Source of the DNA: a virus
Virus record (IMG/VR): IMGVR_UViG_3300022745_000001
Location: 1-64,000 of that record
Direction: 5' to 3' (one strand)
DNA: 64,000 bases
Below are positions 1 to 9,203 of the stretch, in pieces. The notes under the pieces are model-generated. The model saw nothing but the letters and a program-made list of their open reading frames with translations, had not been told where the DNA came from and did not search any database. How positions within the stretch are numbered: position 1 is the first letter of the stretch; each line of letters begins with the position of its first letter. A program made the translations under genes and the position numbers.

Positions 1-1143
1 ACCGGCGGCTTGCTGGAACCCTTGCTTTTGCAAGTCGGATGCACCGGCAGAAAGGGTTCCTTGGTATGCTTCATACGGCTTGGATGCCAGTGCATCTGCC
101 TTGCCCAGCATGTCAGTGACATACGGCCCGGCCCAGTTGGATAGGCTGGACTCTATGCCGTTGGCACCCGTAGGTACAGTTGTAGTATCACCGCCAGCAG
201 CAAACCCGCGAACGCCGCCGCCCGCAGCCAGCTTTGCCAAGCCGCCCGGCATAAACTTGTCGGGATTGATCTGCTTGCCTTGCTTCTTGGTGCCGGTGCG
301 TGCCATACGAATCTTGTCCATCATGGCGTAGAGCTTCTTGGCCCCAGCATCGGAGTTGCCGTTGCCAAGATGGGACACCACATCAGCAGGAATGACAAAC
401 TCGCCATGACTCAGTGCGGCGGGCTGGTTGCCGTCGATATGCGCAGGCAGATCGTCAGCCATGCCGTCCGTGGCACCTTGAAGATAGCGTCCTGTTCGGC
501 CGCCTGCTGCGTAACCAACACCAATATCTCCGGGCATCAAGCCACCACCGGCGGCCTTCACATACTTCGTATCGCCAAAGTAGTCGCGGCTTTGTGCGCC
601 TCCGCTGAGAATATCGGCTGTGGATAGTTTGGGCATTGTTTTGCGCTCGCGCGACACTTCGTACTTGGGAATACCGCCGAGGTAGCCTACTGGCTGACCT
701 GTGGAACTGCTCAAAAATTTGTTCAGATTGCCGCCAGTTAGGGCGTCAATACCGCCGATAGCCGTAGCAATACCAGCGATTTTCTTGGGGTCGTACTTGC
801 CGTCTGTCTTCAAGTAGTTGAGCACATTGTCCCAAGAGCTTGACTTAGCCCCCGCGCTTGTGCTTGTATCGCCGGAAATGTCAGAAATTCCAGAGTAACC
901 ACCGCCGGAAGTGGTGCCCTCGGTAGGCGCGTATGCATTTGGATTGGTGCCCGGAATATTGGGCGGCGATGGGTTGTTCGCGCTGCCCCCAGTTACCTGC
1001 TCACCAGTAAGCGGTGCGCCGATGGTTCCCCAGTTATATGGAGCCGCCTGCTCGTCAGGGGTGCCGTCGTCATAGTAGTCCGTATTCTGTACGGGATCGC
1101 CGTTTTCATCATACGTGATGTAGGTGTAGGGCACCTTTGCCAT
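1..1143 (-). CDS. Gly-rich virion/ejection-type protein, N-terminal 381 codons (gene continues past the left edge)
   Basis: ATG at 1143-1141 behind AAGGAG. I hand-translated the frame to position 1 without a stop (MAKVPYTYITYDENGDPV...GEFVIPADVVSHLGNGNSDAG...). It is missing from the ORF track because no stop lies in the window. Contains AAGG/GGG motifs shared with other late proteins. Confidence 0.75.
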   Translation of the reverse strand, partial: MAKVPYTYITYDENGDPVQNTDYYDDGTPDEQAAPYNWGTIGAPLTGEQVTGGSANNPSPPNIPGTNPNAYAPTEGTTSGGGYSGISDISGDTSTSAGAKSSSWDNVLNYLKTDGKYDPKKIAGIATAIGGIDALTGGNLNKFLSSSTGQPVGYLGGIPKYEVSRERKTMPKLSTADILSGGAQSRDYFGDTKYVKAAGGGLMPGDIGVGYAAGGRTGRYLQGATDGMADDLPAHIDGNQPAALSHGEFVIPADVVSHLGNGNSDAGAKKLYAMMDKIRMARTGTKKQGKQINPDKFMPGGLAKLAAGGGVRGFAAGGDTTTVPTGANGIESSLSNWAGPYVTDMLGKADALASKPYEAYQGTLSAGASDLQKQGFQQAAG

Positions 1144-1146
1144 AGC

Positions 1147-2430
1147 TTATCTCCTTAACAGGTGGATTAGGTCTTCAATCGAGCCACCTGAACTTGCGTG
1201 CACGGGGTGTCTTGAAAACGGATTGTCAAGCGTACCGAACGGGTTTACCGTGGATTTTATGTCCACAAGTGGGGTTTGAACAGGCTGCGCTTGCTGTTCC
1301 GGCTGCTGCATCATCTGCATCATCATGAACTGCCGGTATGCATCATTTGTCGGGGCTGGCGGCGTTGCAGGCGCAGTGGTAGTACCCGTAGGTACAGTGC
1401 CGGTAGGGCCGGTAGGGCCGGTAGGGCTGGACTTAGGGCCGCCGGTAATGATGTCTGATACGGTCTTTGCGGTTGTTCCAGTAATGGCGGAGTCAACAAG
1501 CCCGCTGAAGTCGCCATTTGCCAGTTTTGTCAGCGTGTCTACAGGCAGGCCGATCGTTTTGCCAATAGCAGAACCCACGCCTTTTTCAATGCCAGAAACC
1601 ACTGACTTCGGTAGTACGTCAGATAATGAAGTCGTTGCTTCTGCAGGAAACACCCCGGCAGAATCGGCAATGTGCGTGCCGCCAGTGATGAACGGCTCTG
1701 CGCTTTCCGGCGCGGCAGTGGCGGCTGTTGTAGTGGCTGGGCTTAGCGCATTCACTGCGTTGCCAAGTCCGTAAGAAACTAACCCAGTAGTAAGCCCCGC
1801 GCCAACATCACCGTGCTGAGACGTTTGGTTCACGCCCAGTATGGCTGCTGTTGTGGCGGGGTCAATGCCGTTGGCCGCAGCAATAGCTGTGATGGCGGCC
1901 TGCCCGATTGGGTTCTCTGCGACGGCTTTGCTTACGCCGGAGACAATATCACTTGCGGCGCTACCAAGGCCGCTGATGAAGTCGCCAATTCCACCGAACA
2001 AACCGCCACCAGAGGATGGGCGGTAGGTTGCGCCCTGTTTCCCGGCGACATCGAACTGCGTAAACGTCCCATCATGGTTGTCGCGCACGAAGCCGGTAAT
2101 GTTAGACCTGTCGTCCCGCATACCATTGCGGCCGTCAATTTGGCCGTACTGGGTTGTGACACTACCGCTACCAAGCAGATTTTTGATCGGCTCCGAGTTC
2201 AAGTACGCCTGCATGGCGTTGGCGTTCAGCGCGGCAACTGCGTTGTCAAACCCTACGCTATTGAAGTCGCGGTTTCGTCCTCCGCCTGAAGTGTACTGCT
2301 TACGTAGCTCCTCGACCTGATCGTAGGATGCCTTGAACGGGGAGTTTCCGTATGCTGCGCGAGCCGCAGCCGCCTGTGCATCAGGCGTGGCTGCAACGGA
2401 CTCCATGTAACGTCCTCCACCACCGGGCAT
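1147..2430 (-). CDS. virion protein, Gly/Ala/Thr-rich with a PTGPTGPTG tract and a Met/Gln-rich segment (internal/ejection protein candidate)
   Basis: 427-aa ORF. ATG preceded by CAGGAG. Its stop lies 3 nt from the next start. Low-complexity composition is typical of ejected or internal proteins. No specific family recognised. Confidence 0.7.
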   Translation of the reverse strand: MPGGGGRYMESVAATPDAQAAAARAAYGNSPFKASYDQVEELRKQYTSGGGRNRDFNSVGFDNAVAALNANAMQAYLNSEPIKNLLGSGSVTTQYGQIDGRNGMRDDRSNITGFVRDNHDGTFTQFDVAGKQGATYRPSSGGGLFGGIGDFISGLGSAASDIVSGVSKAVAENPIGQAAITAIAAANGIDPATTAAILGVNQTSQHGDVGAGLTTGLVSYGLGNAVNALSPATTTAATAAPESAEPFITGGTHIADSAGVFPAEATTSLSDVLPKSVVSGIEKGVGSAIGKTIGLPVDTLTKLANGDFSGLVDSAITGTTAKTVSDIITGGPKSSPTGPTGPTGTVPTGTTTAPATPPAPTNDAYRQFMMMQMMQQPEQQAQPVQTPLVDIKSTVNPFGTLDNPFSRHPVHASSGGSIEDLIHLLRR

Positions 2431-2456
2431 AAGCTACTCCTGAAAAAAGGTCGGCA

Positions 2457-3098
2457 TCATGTTGGTGCGGACACAAAAGATAATGTTACTACTGAGGACG
2501 GAACGCTTGGCCGCACAAAGGGGAGCGTAGCGTTCGTATAAGCCTCGATATTAAGTCCTGTGGCGTCGGCTGCAACAATCAGCTCAATATAGTCGTTTGC
2601 CACCAAATTGACAAAGAAATTGCACGCGCCGATTGCGTATCCGTTGGTGCCGCCGTGGGATGCCACTACCGCCCATGTACTAGCGGTACCCGCCACATCG
2701 GCCCCGTTTTTACGTATCCAAACCCACGCATCTATGATCTGCGCGGTTGTGTTCTCAAACTGCAAGCTGAACTGGCAATTATAGATACCGTCCTGTGCAA
2801 CGGCCATCTTGTTTGAGGCAAGCGTAACTCCGTTTCCATAGTCCGTGGTGTTCAGAACAACCACGTAGGGGGTGCTGGCGGCCGCAAGCGACTGCGTTGC
2901 CGAGTTACTGAAAGCCCCATAGGGGTTGTTCAAGATTCTCCCGCCGCGCGTACCCAGCAGGGTACTGAAGGCCGCATCCACTTGGTTGAAGTACAACCGC
3001 AGGGTATTGACGATCCGGTTGAACGGCGTTGACTCGTACTCGTCCGGCACCTGCGCAAGCGCAGGGGACTTTACGAGCGGTACGCGGCGGGTTGTCAT
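2457..3098 (-). CDS. tail/receptor-binding candidate with a C1q/TNF-like jelly-roll pattern
   Basis: 213-aa ORF. C-terminal part (DGIYNCQFSLQFEN...VWIRKNGADV...DYIELIV) resembles C1q/TNF-type head domains. Lies in the tail gene block. Confidence 0.45.
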   Translation of the reverse strand: MTTRRVPLVKSPALAQVPDEYESTPFNRIVNTLRLYFNQVDAAFSTLLGTRGGRILNNPYGAFSNSATQSLAAASTPYVVVLNTTDYGNGVTLASNKMAVAQDGIYNCQFSLQFENTTAQIIDAWVWIRKNGADVAGTASTWAVVASHGGTNGYAIGACNFFVNLVANDYIELIVAADATGLNIEAYTNATLPFVRPSVPSSVVTLSFVSAPT

Positions 3099-3100
3099 GC

Positions 3101-4975
3101 CTACCGGCGACCGTCAGGTCGGATGTCGATACGTGGGGCACCGAGCTGCCACGTTGTACCGAGCTGGTTAGTCTCGATCTTGAATGCCATCTGCCGCCCA
3201 CGCACACGGATGTACAACTGCCCGGTGAACTGCTCGATGGTAACCGTGGAGGTACGCACCACACTGCCGCTTGCCGAGCCAGCCACCGACATAGGGTTGT
3301 TGTAACCAGAGCCAGAGTTCTGCATCGGCATGAGCGTCATGGTGGCCGTAGGGGCTGCATTTGTCGAACCATCAAACGTCATGTCTGGGATCAGCCGCCA
3401 CACGAAGCCAAAGTTGTGGCCGTCGTCAATATCAAATTCCGAAGTGACAATGTAGGCGTCGATCGGCTGCGGGACACCGGACTCGTTATCGTCCAGCCCC
3501 GTTTCATGGGTAACAATGTTCTGACTGTAGGTTGCAGCGATGGGTTGCGTAGTAACACCGGAGTCCAGCCAAGCCGTACGTGCCATCGAGCCGTAGTACC
3601 ACGCATCTTCGACGTAGTTGTACACAACGTACCGATTCACCGTTGTCGAGCCTGAGGTGCAATAGAACCACCAGATTTCGTTAAACCCCTCGTTGGTCGC
3701 GCCAAAGATTTGGTACGCCTCCTGCTGGTTGATGTCGGAAAAGATGAACTGGCGCAAGTCGCAGCGCAACGTAGAGACGTGGCCGTCGTACTTATAGAAC
3801 TTGTCCACGCCCATCCAGTAGGTAACCCCGGCCGCCACTGCTTGCGCGTTGGGGCTGATGATCGTGATGGCGTCGGCCAGCAACTGCACACTCCACACCG
3901 CTGGGTAGCCAACGTACTGCATGGAATACATGGACGAGTCTGTCCAGATCAAAATTTCCTGCCGGGTCTGCAGGGTAGCTACGATCTCGTAGCCGTGCGA
4001 CAGGCGGATGCCGCCCGCTTGGTTTGTGGCCGCTGGTGTCCACATGGTCACCGACTCTTGATCCGACCAGCGGATGTACATCGGGTCTTGCACGGCTGAG
4101 CCAATGGTGTTGGTACCGAATGCGATGACAAACCGGGACACATCCGACACCACAACATTGAGAGCCACTACCGGCGGATCAGATGCGCCGGGAAGCGAGG
4201 TGATGTTCACGGCCCGCGCAGACAGGCCGCCCGAGGCCGTCCAGTAGTAAATCGCGCCGTAGCGGGGGTTGAACAGCAGGTTCTCGCCAAAGTTGCACTG
4301 CGTCCAGAGGCGCAGCTTCTCCACAGCGGTTTGCCCGAATCCCCACGTACCGTAGCCCCAGTTACCCGCACCCCAGCCGACAACCGCAACGGTAGAGGCG
4401 TATCCGGGGTTGATCTGGTAGGCCGCAGACACTGCCGCGCCGCCACCCGGCGAACCAGTAACGTCCGCCGCAATAGCGGTGGCTGCCACGGTAATGGTGT
4501 AGGTATTCACGCCCACATAGGTGAGCTGGTACTCCTTGTTGAGCACCGTTGCAGTGATGTTGCCGCCAAGGCCCGTAGCCCCGGAGAATGTCACAAACGC
4601 ACCATCCAGCGCACCGTGCGCGGCTGCCGTAACGGTAATCACCGAAGACCCAAGCGTTGCCCGGAAGGGGTTAGCCGCCAGCGTGACCGTTGTACGTAAT
4701 GGGGTTACGTCATAGTAAGCCGTGCCGGACTCGATGTAGAACTTCAGGTTGGTGCCGACACCAGTATAGCGGAACTGGGCCAGCGTCACCCATTGGAAAA
4801 GCGAGCGGCACACTCCAAGAAATGTATTTGCAGAAGTACGCACCCAACCGCCAATCTTCTCGGGAGTACCTTGGCGGAACCGTACCTTGTCCGACTCAAA
4901 ATACCCGCCTTCATTGGTATATCGGGTGTTCTCCCGGTTTACGCCGGGCTTAAACTGCAGCTTTTTTAAGGGCAT
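3101..4975 (-). CDS. large tail structural protein (nozzle/tail-tube-B-type candidate)
   Basis: 624-aa ORF. N-terminus KPGVNRENTRYTNEGGYFESDKVRFRQGTPEKIGGW is a pattern I associate with podovirus tail hub proteins. Call also rests on position. Confidence 0.5.
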   Translation of the reverse strand: MPLKKLQFKPGVNRENTRYTNEGGYFESDKVRFRQGTPEKIGGWVRTSANTFLGVCRSLFQWVTLAQFRYTGVGTNLKFYIESGTAYYDVTPLRTTVTLAANPFRATLGSSVITVTAAAHGALDGAFVTFSGATGLGGNITATVLNKEYQLTYVGVNTYTITVAATAIAADVTGSPGGGAAVSAAYQINPGYASTVAVVGWGAGNWGYGTWGFGQTAVEKLRLWTQCNFGENLLFNPRYGAIYYWTASGGLSARAVNITSLPGASDPPVVALNVVVSDVSRFVIAFGTNTIGSAVQDPMYIRWSDQESVTMWTPAATNQAGGIRLSHGYEIVATLQTRQEILIWTDSSMYSMQYVGYPAVWSVQLLADAITIISPNAQAVAAGVTYWMGVDKFYKYDGHVSTLRCDLRQFIFSDINQQEAYQIFGATNEGFNEIWWFYCTSGSTTVNRYVVYNYVEDAWYYGSMARTAWLDSGVTTQPIAATYSQNIVTHETGLDDNESGVPQPIDAYIVTSEFDIDDGHNFGFVWRLIPDMTFDGSTNAAPTATMTLMPMQNSGSGYNNPMSVAGSASGSVVRTSTVTIEQFTGQLYIRVRGRQMAFKIETNQLGTTWQLGAPRIDIRPDGRR

Positions 4976-4983
4976 GGCGCATC

Positions 4984-5505
4984 CTATTTGGTTGGCTGAG
5001 CCTGCGCCAGCAGCTCGGTCTTACGCTGACTGTTAGAGTTGGAGCCGAACCAAAAGCCCAGAACCATGATAAGCGCGGAATCCATTGTACCCAGAACCCG
5101 CCCAATAATGATAGGGTCTGCGTTGGCTGGCATGGCGTGGAACAGCAGCAAACCTTCGGCGGTGAGCGTGATCAGGACGATCAGCCAAGTCAGCAAGCTG
5201 GGGGTTACGCTATGGGTGGCGATAGCCATGTTCCGCGCGGAGTCGCGGTCTTTGAACTCAAGCTCGGCAAACTTGAACCCGTTGTCCATCTCGTGCTGTT
5301 TGAACTCAATCTCTAGCTGACGCAGCTTTGCCAAGTCTTCCGGCTTTAGCTGGTTGTCTTGGAAGATTTTGGCTACGTCCTGTTGCGTGGCGTTGTCCAC
5401 ACCGAACACCTTACCCAGCGCAGATACCGCCATTCCACCCAGCGGGCCGAGCGCAGCGGATGCAACCGTGGGGGCCAGAGATTTGAGTACGTCGATCCAG
5501 TTCAT
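4984..5505 (-). CDS. holin-like membrane protein (GTA-type 3-TM holin pattern)
   Basis: 173-aa ORF with an N-terminal Gly/Ala hydrophobic segment, a charged helix with DRDSAR, and two C-terminal TM segments (LLTWLIVLITLTAEGLLLF, ALIMVLGFWFG). Confidence 0.5.
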   Translation of the reverse strand: MNWIDVLKSLAPTVASAALGPLGGMAVSALGKVFGVDNATQQDVAKIFQDNQLKPEDLAKLRQLEIEFKQHEMDNGFKFAELEFKDRDSARNMAIATHSVTPSLLTWLIVLITLTAEGLLLFHAMPANADPIIIGRVLGTMDSALIMVLGFWFGSNSNSQRKTELLAQAQPTK

Positions 5506-5747
5506 AGTTCACCCCAGTTCGTGATGTACTTACGGCCCTGCGTAAGCTCTAGCCACATAATCCACGCGGCGGTGCCCGCCCCATGCGCTTCTTCGTTTCG
5601 CCCCTGCCGCACATACTGTTCGCGTTTGGCAAGGATTTTTGCTAACCCTACGGCTTCAAGCTCCGTTATGCGGGGGTCTTGCAGGTCAATCTGTGCCAGT
5701 ACATTTTCGGCTTTAGGGAGCGCCATGTTTTGTGCTCCAAAGCACAA
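5502..5747 (-). CDS. hypothetical protein in the lysis cluster
   Basis: 81-aa ORF. 4-nt overlap with the downstream holin-like gene. Confidence 0.55.
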   Translation of the reverse strand: MCFGAQNMALPKAENVLAQIDLQDPRITELEAVGLAKILAKREQYVRQGRNEEAHGAGTAAWIMWLELTQGRKYITNWGEL

Positions 5748-5795
5748 ACGCCCACACTAACGTGCAGGCGATCAGAACGGCTTTAGTTGTGCGGT

Positions 5796-6212
5796 TCATC
5801 CCACATCTCCACTGCTGTAGGTAATCCAGACTTCTTCACCCTTGTCGATGGCATCCCGTATTTTGGGGAAGAGGGCGTCAAAGGCGAGTCGTGACTCGGT
5901 GACGGAGTTTCCCGTATGTCCTCTTCCAACGAGCAGGCACCCTTCCGTTTGGGTTGCGAGGTTTCCGGGGTGAATTCGGATACCGGAAAAATTCGGTACA
6001 TCACATACCAAAGGCAGATCACGTTGAAAACGACTGCTATGAGTAACCACCACACGATAACGTCCATAAGGAATTGCCGTTTCTCCAAAGACTTTTTCAC
6101 CGTTCGGGCGCACAACATCTTCCAGCGTCCAGCACTCATGCTCACCGTTGACCAGTAGTTGTCCGAGCGTGCACTCGGCACCACACATGAAACGAACTAC
6201 GGACAGTTCCAT
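5796..6212 (-). CDS. DUF5675-like protein; candidate cell-wall-active enzyme in the endolysin position
   Basis: 138-aa ORF. Pattern CWTLED...AIPYGRYRVVVTHSSRF...PNFSGIRIHPGN...TEGCLLVG. Flanked by spanin-like and holin-like genes. Confidence 0.4.
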   Translation of the reverse strand: MELSVVRFMCGAECTLGQLLVNGEHECWTLEDVVRPNGEKVFGETAIPYGRYRVVVTHSSRFQRDLPLVCDVPNFSGIRIHPGNLATQTEGCLLVGRGHTGNSVTESRLAFDALFPKIRDAIDKGEEVWITYSSGDVG

Positions 6213-6448
6213 TACTTGTCTACCTTGTTTTCCAAGCGATCAAATATCTTTCCCAGCATCTCCTTAATGTCTTTCACATCGGATTTGAAGTCCTCGCGGG
6301 TGACGTAGGTTTTGGGGAGTTCTTCGCGTAGCTTGCCAAGATCGCGCTTCAGGTCGTTCACTGCTGCCCACAGCTCACGGGCAAACCAACCCATGACAGA
6401 CAAGGCAGCGCCGCCCACGATGTTGATGAGGTTTTGGTACTCGTTCAT
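6212..6448 (-). CDS. N-terminally anchored membrane protein, i-spanin-like
   Basis: 78-aa ORF with one N-terminal TM segment (IVGGAALSVMGWFA) followed by a charged helical region. Overlaps its neighbours. Confidence 0.45.
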   Translation of the reverse strand: MNEYQNLINIVGGAALSVMGWFARELWAAVNDLKRDLGKLREELPKTYVTREDFKSDVKDIKEMLGKIFDRLENKVDK

Positions 6449-6633
6449 TTCTGAGATTGCTCCAATTCGTTTTTGATAGCCAGCGCATTCGCACCAGCCG
6501 ATTCAACAGCAGCCACTGCCCCAGCAACTAGAGCCACTTGCCCGATAGCTACCTGATTGGTAGTCACCCAAGCAGATAGGCCAGCGCAGCCGGATAAAGA
6601 GATTGCGGTGAGTGCGATAAGTAGGGTTTTCAT
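6445..6633 (-). CDS. small lipoprotein, o-spanin-like
   Basis: 62-aa ORF. Signal peptide plus lipobox MKTLLIALTAISLSGC. 4-nt overlap with the next gene. Confidence 0.5.
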   Translation of the reverse strand: MKTLLIALTAISLSGCAGLSAWVTTNQVAIGQVALVAGAVAAVESAGANALAIKNELEQSQK

Positions 6634-6643
6634 GGTGTGCTCC

Positions 6644-7792
6644 TTAAAGACCTGCTGCGGCTAGACGTGCTGTGAGGGATTCGATTAGGGCTTGCTGCTC
6701 TTTGATTGCAGCGACCAATAAAGGGATAACGTCTGTGTATTGAACGCCCAGCTTTGAAGCATCAGAAGCGTCAACAGCTTCTGGAAAAACTGCTTGCACA
6801 TCTTGAGCTATTAGAAAACTGCGTCGGGTTCCGTCAGGGTCTGTCTTATATTTACCAATGACTGAACGCAATGCTTTTGTTTTTTCTACTGCACCACTTA
6901 TTGGCTCAATAATGTCTTTAAACCGCTCGTCCGAAGTTGCAGTCCAAGCAGTATTTCCAGACACAAGATATACGCCAGAACCTGCTGTATTCAAGACGTA
7001 AAAGTTAGCGCCAGCAGAAGCGGAATTTGTGCCAAACCCCCAGACCTGACCCGAGCCAATGTAATTATTGAAGCTCGTGTTTACGGCATTTACAGAACTA
7101 CTTCCGACCGCAAGCCGCCCGCTGGCATCAAGCGTCATTGCAGATACACCAGTTATCACGCCACCAGCAGTTCCTGAAATAGCATTTTGCCAAACGTGTT
7201 GACCAGCATTTTGGTAATAGCGTGTTGCTACCCCAGTATTTATATAGCGATCATTGGCGTTATCTGTATACCAGTTAGTTGATACTGTCGTAATGGCAGA
7301 TGCTGATCCTATTGAGCCCCATACCCCAAGCTGGATTGATTTGTAAGCACTACCCCACGCACTCGGAGTAACACCCAAGCCAAGGTTGCCGGAGGTGTCT
7401 AGGGTGGCGTGTAGCGTAGTACCTGCATTGCCGCTGAAGTTCAATCCGTTACCAGAGGCTACCGATCCTGAGTAAGCAGACGTTCCAGTAATGATTGTCC
7501 CGCCAGTAGAGGACTCGATACCGGCATAGAAGTTAGTCCCAGTGTTAGCAAATCGCAGATACTTACCGGAGGTTGTTGCTCCTGTGTTGGAGAGCATTTC
7601 TCCTGTAGCACTCGCACTCAGCGTAGTAAACGCACCCGTTGAGGGGGTGGTTGCGCCGATTGGTGTGGAGTTGATCGCGCTGGTGACCAACGATGGAATG
7701 GTCATCGCTGATGTGGTGAAGCTGAACGCATCAACACCTCCCACCTGCACTTTGCTGGTGGTGCTATTGACGGAAATTATCGAAGTAGTCAT
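6644..7792 (-). CDS. tail fibre paralog A with a C-terminal S74-type intramolecular chaperone domain
   Basis: 382 aa. N-terminal GATTPSTGAFTTLSA box. C-terminal SDERFK...LIAQDV...AIKEQQALIESLTARL (about 6644-6934) matches the autoproteolytic chaperone pattern. Confidence 0.8.
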   Translation of the reverse strand: MTTSIISVNSTTSKVQVGGVDAFSFTTSAMTIPSLVTSAINSTPIGATTPSTGAFTTLSASATGEMLSNTGATTSGKYLRFANTGTNFYAGIESSTGGTIITGTSAYSGSVASGNGLNFSGNAGTTLHATLDTSGNLGLGVTPSAWGSAYKSIQLGVWGSIGSASAITTVSTNWYTDNANDRYINTGVATRYYQNAGQHVWQNAISGTAGGVITGVSAMTLDASGRLAVGSSSVNAVNTSFNNYIGSGQVWGFGTNSASAGANFYVLNTAGSGVYLVSGNTAWTATSDERFKDIIEPISGAVEKTKALRSVIGKYKTDPDGTRRSFLIAQDVQAVFPEAVDASDASKLGVQYTDVIPLLVAAIKEQQALIESLTARLAAAGL

Positions 7793-9024
7793 GGATGTGC
7801 CGCCTTATATGCGTCAAATTCTGCCTTGAGTTCTTGGATTGCTTTGACCAGAGTGGGCAATATGTTTCCCATTTGGATAGACTTTTTGGTAACACCTTCT
7901 GAATACAGAGATTCAGTTACCAAATCAGGAAGTACCGTTTCTAACTCTTGGGCAATGAAACCAGCAACATTTGAAGCATCGCCATTTTTCCAATCAAAAC
8001 GGCGCGGTTTCAATGCCATTACTTCCGTTAGACCTGTTTCTAAGTCACGAATGTTTTCTTTCAGCGATACGTCAGAGATTGCAGTGATTGATGTATTTGT
8101 CGCATGGATAACACCATCCAATCCAACATAGAAGCGATATGCAGCGGCACCAGTTGAATAGACGTGGTATGTGTTTACAGCGGAGGTACTTGCTGTTAGT
8201 GCCGTTGACACAGTACCGGGTATCGTCCCACTACTACCCTGAACAGAGAAACCAACGGTAGTTTGTGAAATTGCGCTCTGCCCCACCAGCAAATTCCCGC
8301 TGGCATCAAGCGTTACTCCAACAGCGTTGTTAGTAGCAAACTGAAGCGAGGTAGAGTTTGTGGTTCCAAGCACAGCAGCATATGCACTCGACCCTGTGAA
8401 TATGGTTGCGCCAGTGCTTGCCTCTACTCCAAATGCGTAAGAACCACCTGTATTTGTAAAGTTTGCATACGTCTGCGCGGTAGTTGAGCCGGTGACATTC
8501 AGAAACTGCGAAGCGGTTGCAGCAGTGTTTATCTTTGTGATAGTCCCCGTCGCACTCAGCGCACCAGTGACGGAGAGGCCGGTGGAGGTGACAGCAGCTT
8601 TCAGGCTGTACGTCTCAGACCCTACTGCACCCGTATATGTGTAGAACTCACCACCTCCACCAGATAGCGGAAGAATCACCAACCCTCCACCACCTGAATT
8701 TGGGAACTGAATGCCGCCTTGGGCTACTGCGCCAACTGCTGCGACAGGAGTACCAGACACTCCGTTGAACTTTGCCTGACCCGTCGCACTCAGCGTAGTA
8801 AACGCACCCGTTGAGGGGGTGGTTGCGCCTACAGTACCGTTCAAACCAACGCCCGCTGTCAATGCGCCTGCTGCGTTGACCGTCAAAATGTCCTGCGTGG
8901 TGGCTCCGTAGTTGCCACGGGCGAGTTTCGCTGTACCGTCTACTGCAGTCGATAAGGCGAAATTTTGTGTAGCAGTGGAGCTATCTCCAAGCTGCAAAAC
9001 ATTAACCGTGACACGACCAGCCAT
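7789..9024 (-). CDS. tail fibre paralog B with a divergent S74-type chaperone domain
   Basis: 411 aa. Same GATTPSTGAFTTLSATG box. C-terminal SDVSLKENIRDLE...IAQELE...AIQELKAEFD (about 7789-8076). Confidence 0.8.
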   Translation of the reverse strand: MAGRVTVNVLQLGDSSTATQNFALSTAVDGTAKLARGNYGATTQDILTVNAAGALTAGVGLNGTVGATTPSTGAFTTLSATGQAKFNGVSGTPVAAVGAVAQGGIQFPNSGGGGLVILPLSGGGGEFYTYTGAVGSETYSLKAAVTSTGLSVTGALSATGTITKINTAATASQFLNVTGSTTAQTYANFTNTGGSYAFGVEASTGATIFTGSSAYAAVLGTTNSTSLQFATNNAVGVTLDASGNLLVGQSAISQTTVGFSVQGSSGTIPGTVSTALTASTSAVNTYHVYSTGAAAYRFYVGLDGVIHATNTSITAISDVSLKENIRDLETGLTEVMALKPRRFDWKNGDASNVAGFIAQELETVLPDLVTESLYSEGVTKKSIQMGNILPTLVKAIQELKAEFDAYKAAHP

Positions 9025-9026
9025 AA

Positions 9027-9194
9027 TTATTCTCCTGCAGGCACTTGCGGCGCGGGGTTCAACTGCTTTTCAGCTTCGGATTTGATGCGGGTAAACACTT
9101 CAAGAACCTGTGCCAATGGTAACTGACCAAGGCCAGCAAGTACAGCGTTGACTTCGTTTACGGACAGGGTGAGGGTTACGGTTTGGTCGTTCAT
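9027..9194 (-). CDS. small hypothetical protein between fibre genes
   Basis: About 55-aa ORF, below the track cutoff. ATG at 9194 behind AAGGAG. Stop 2 nt before the fibre B start. MNDQTVTLTLSVNEVNAVLAGLG... Confidence 0.45.
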   Translation of the reverse strand: MNDQTVTLTLSVNEVNAVLAGLGQLPLAQVLEVFTRIKSEAEKQLNPAPQVPAGE

Positions 9195-9203
9195 GGTGGC
9201 TCC

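Noticed and set aside
5783-6184. 133-aa ORF overlapping the DUF5675-like gene in another frame
   Set aside because: It lies almost wholly inside 5796-6212, which has the recognisable conserved pattern and proper coupling to its neighbours.
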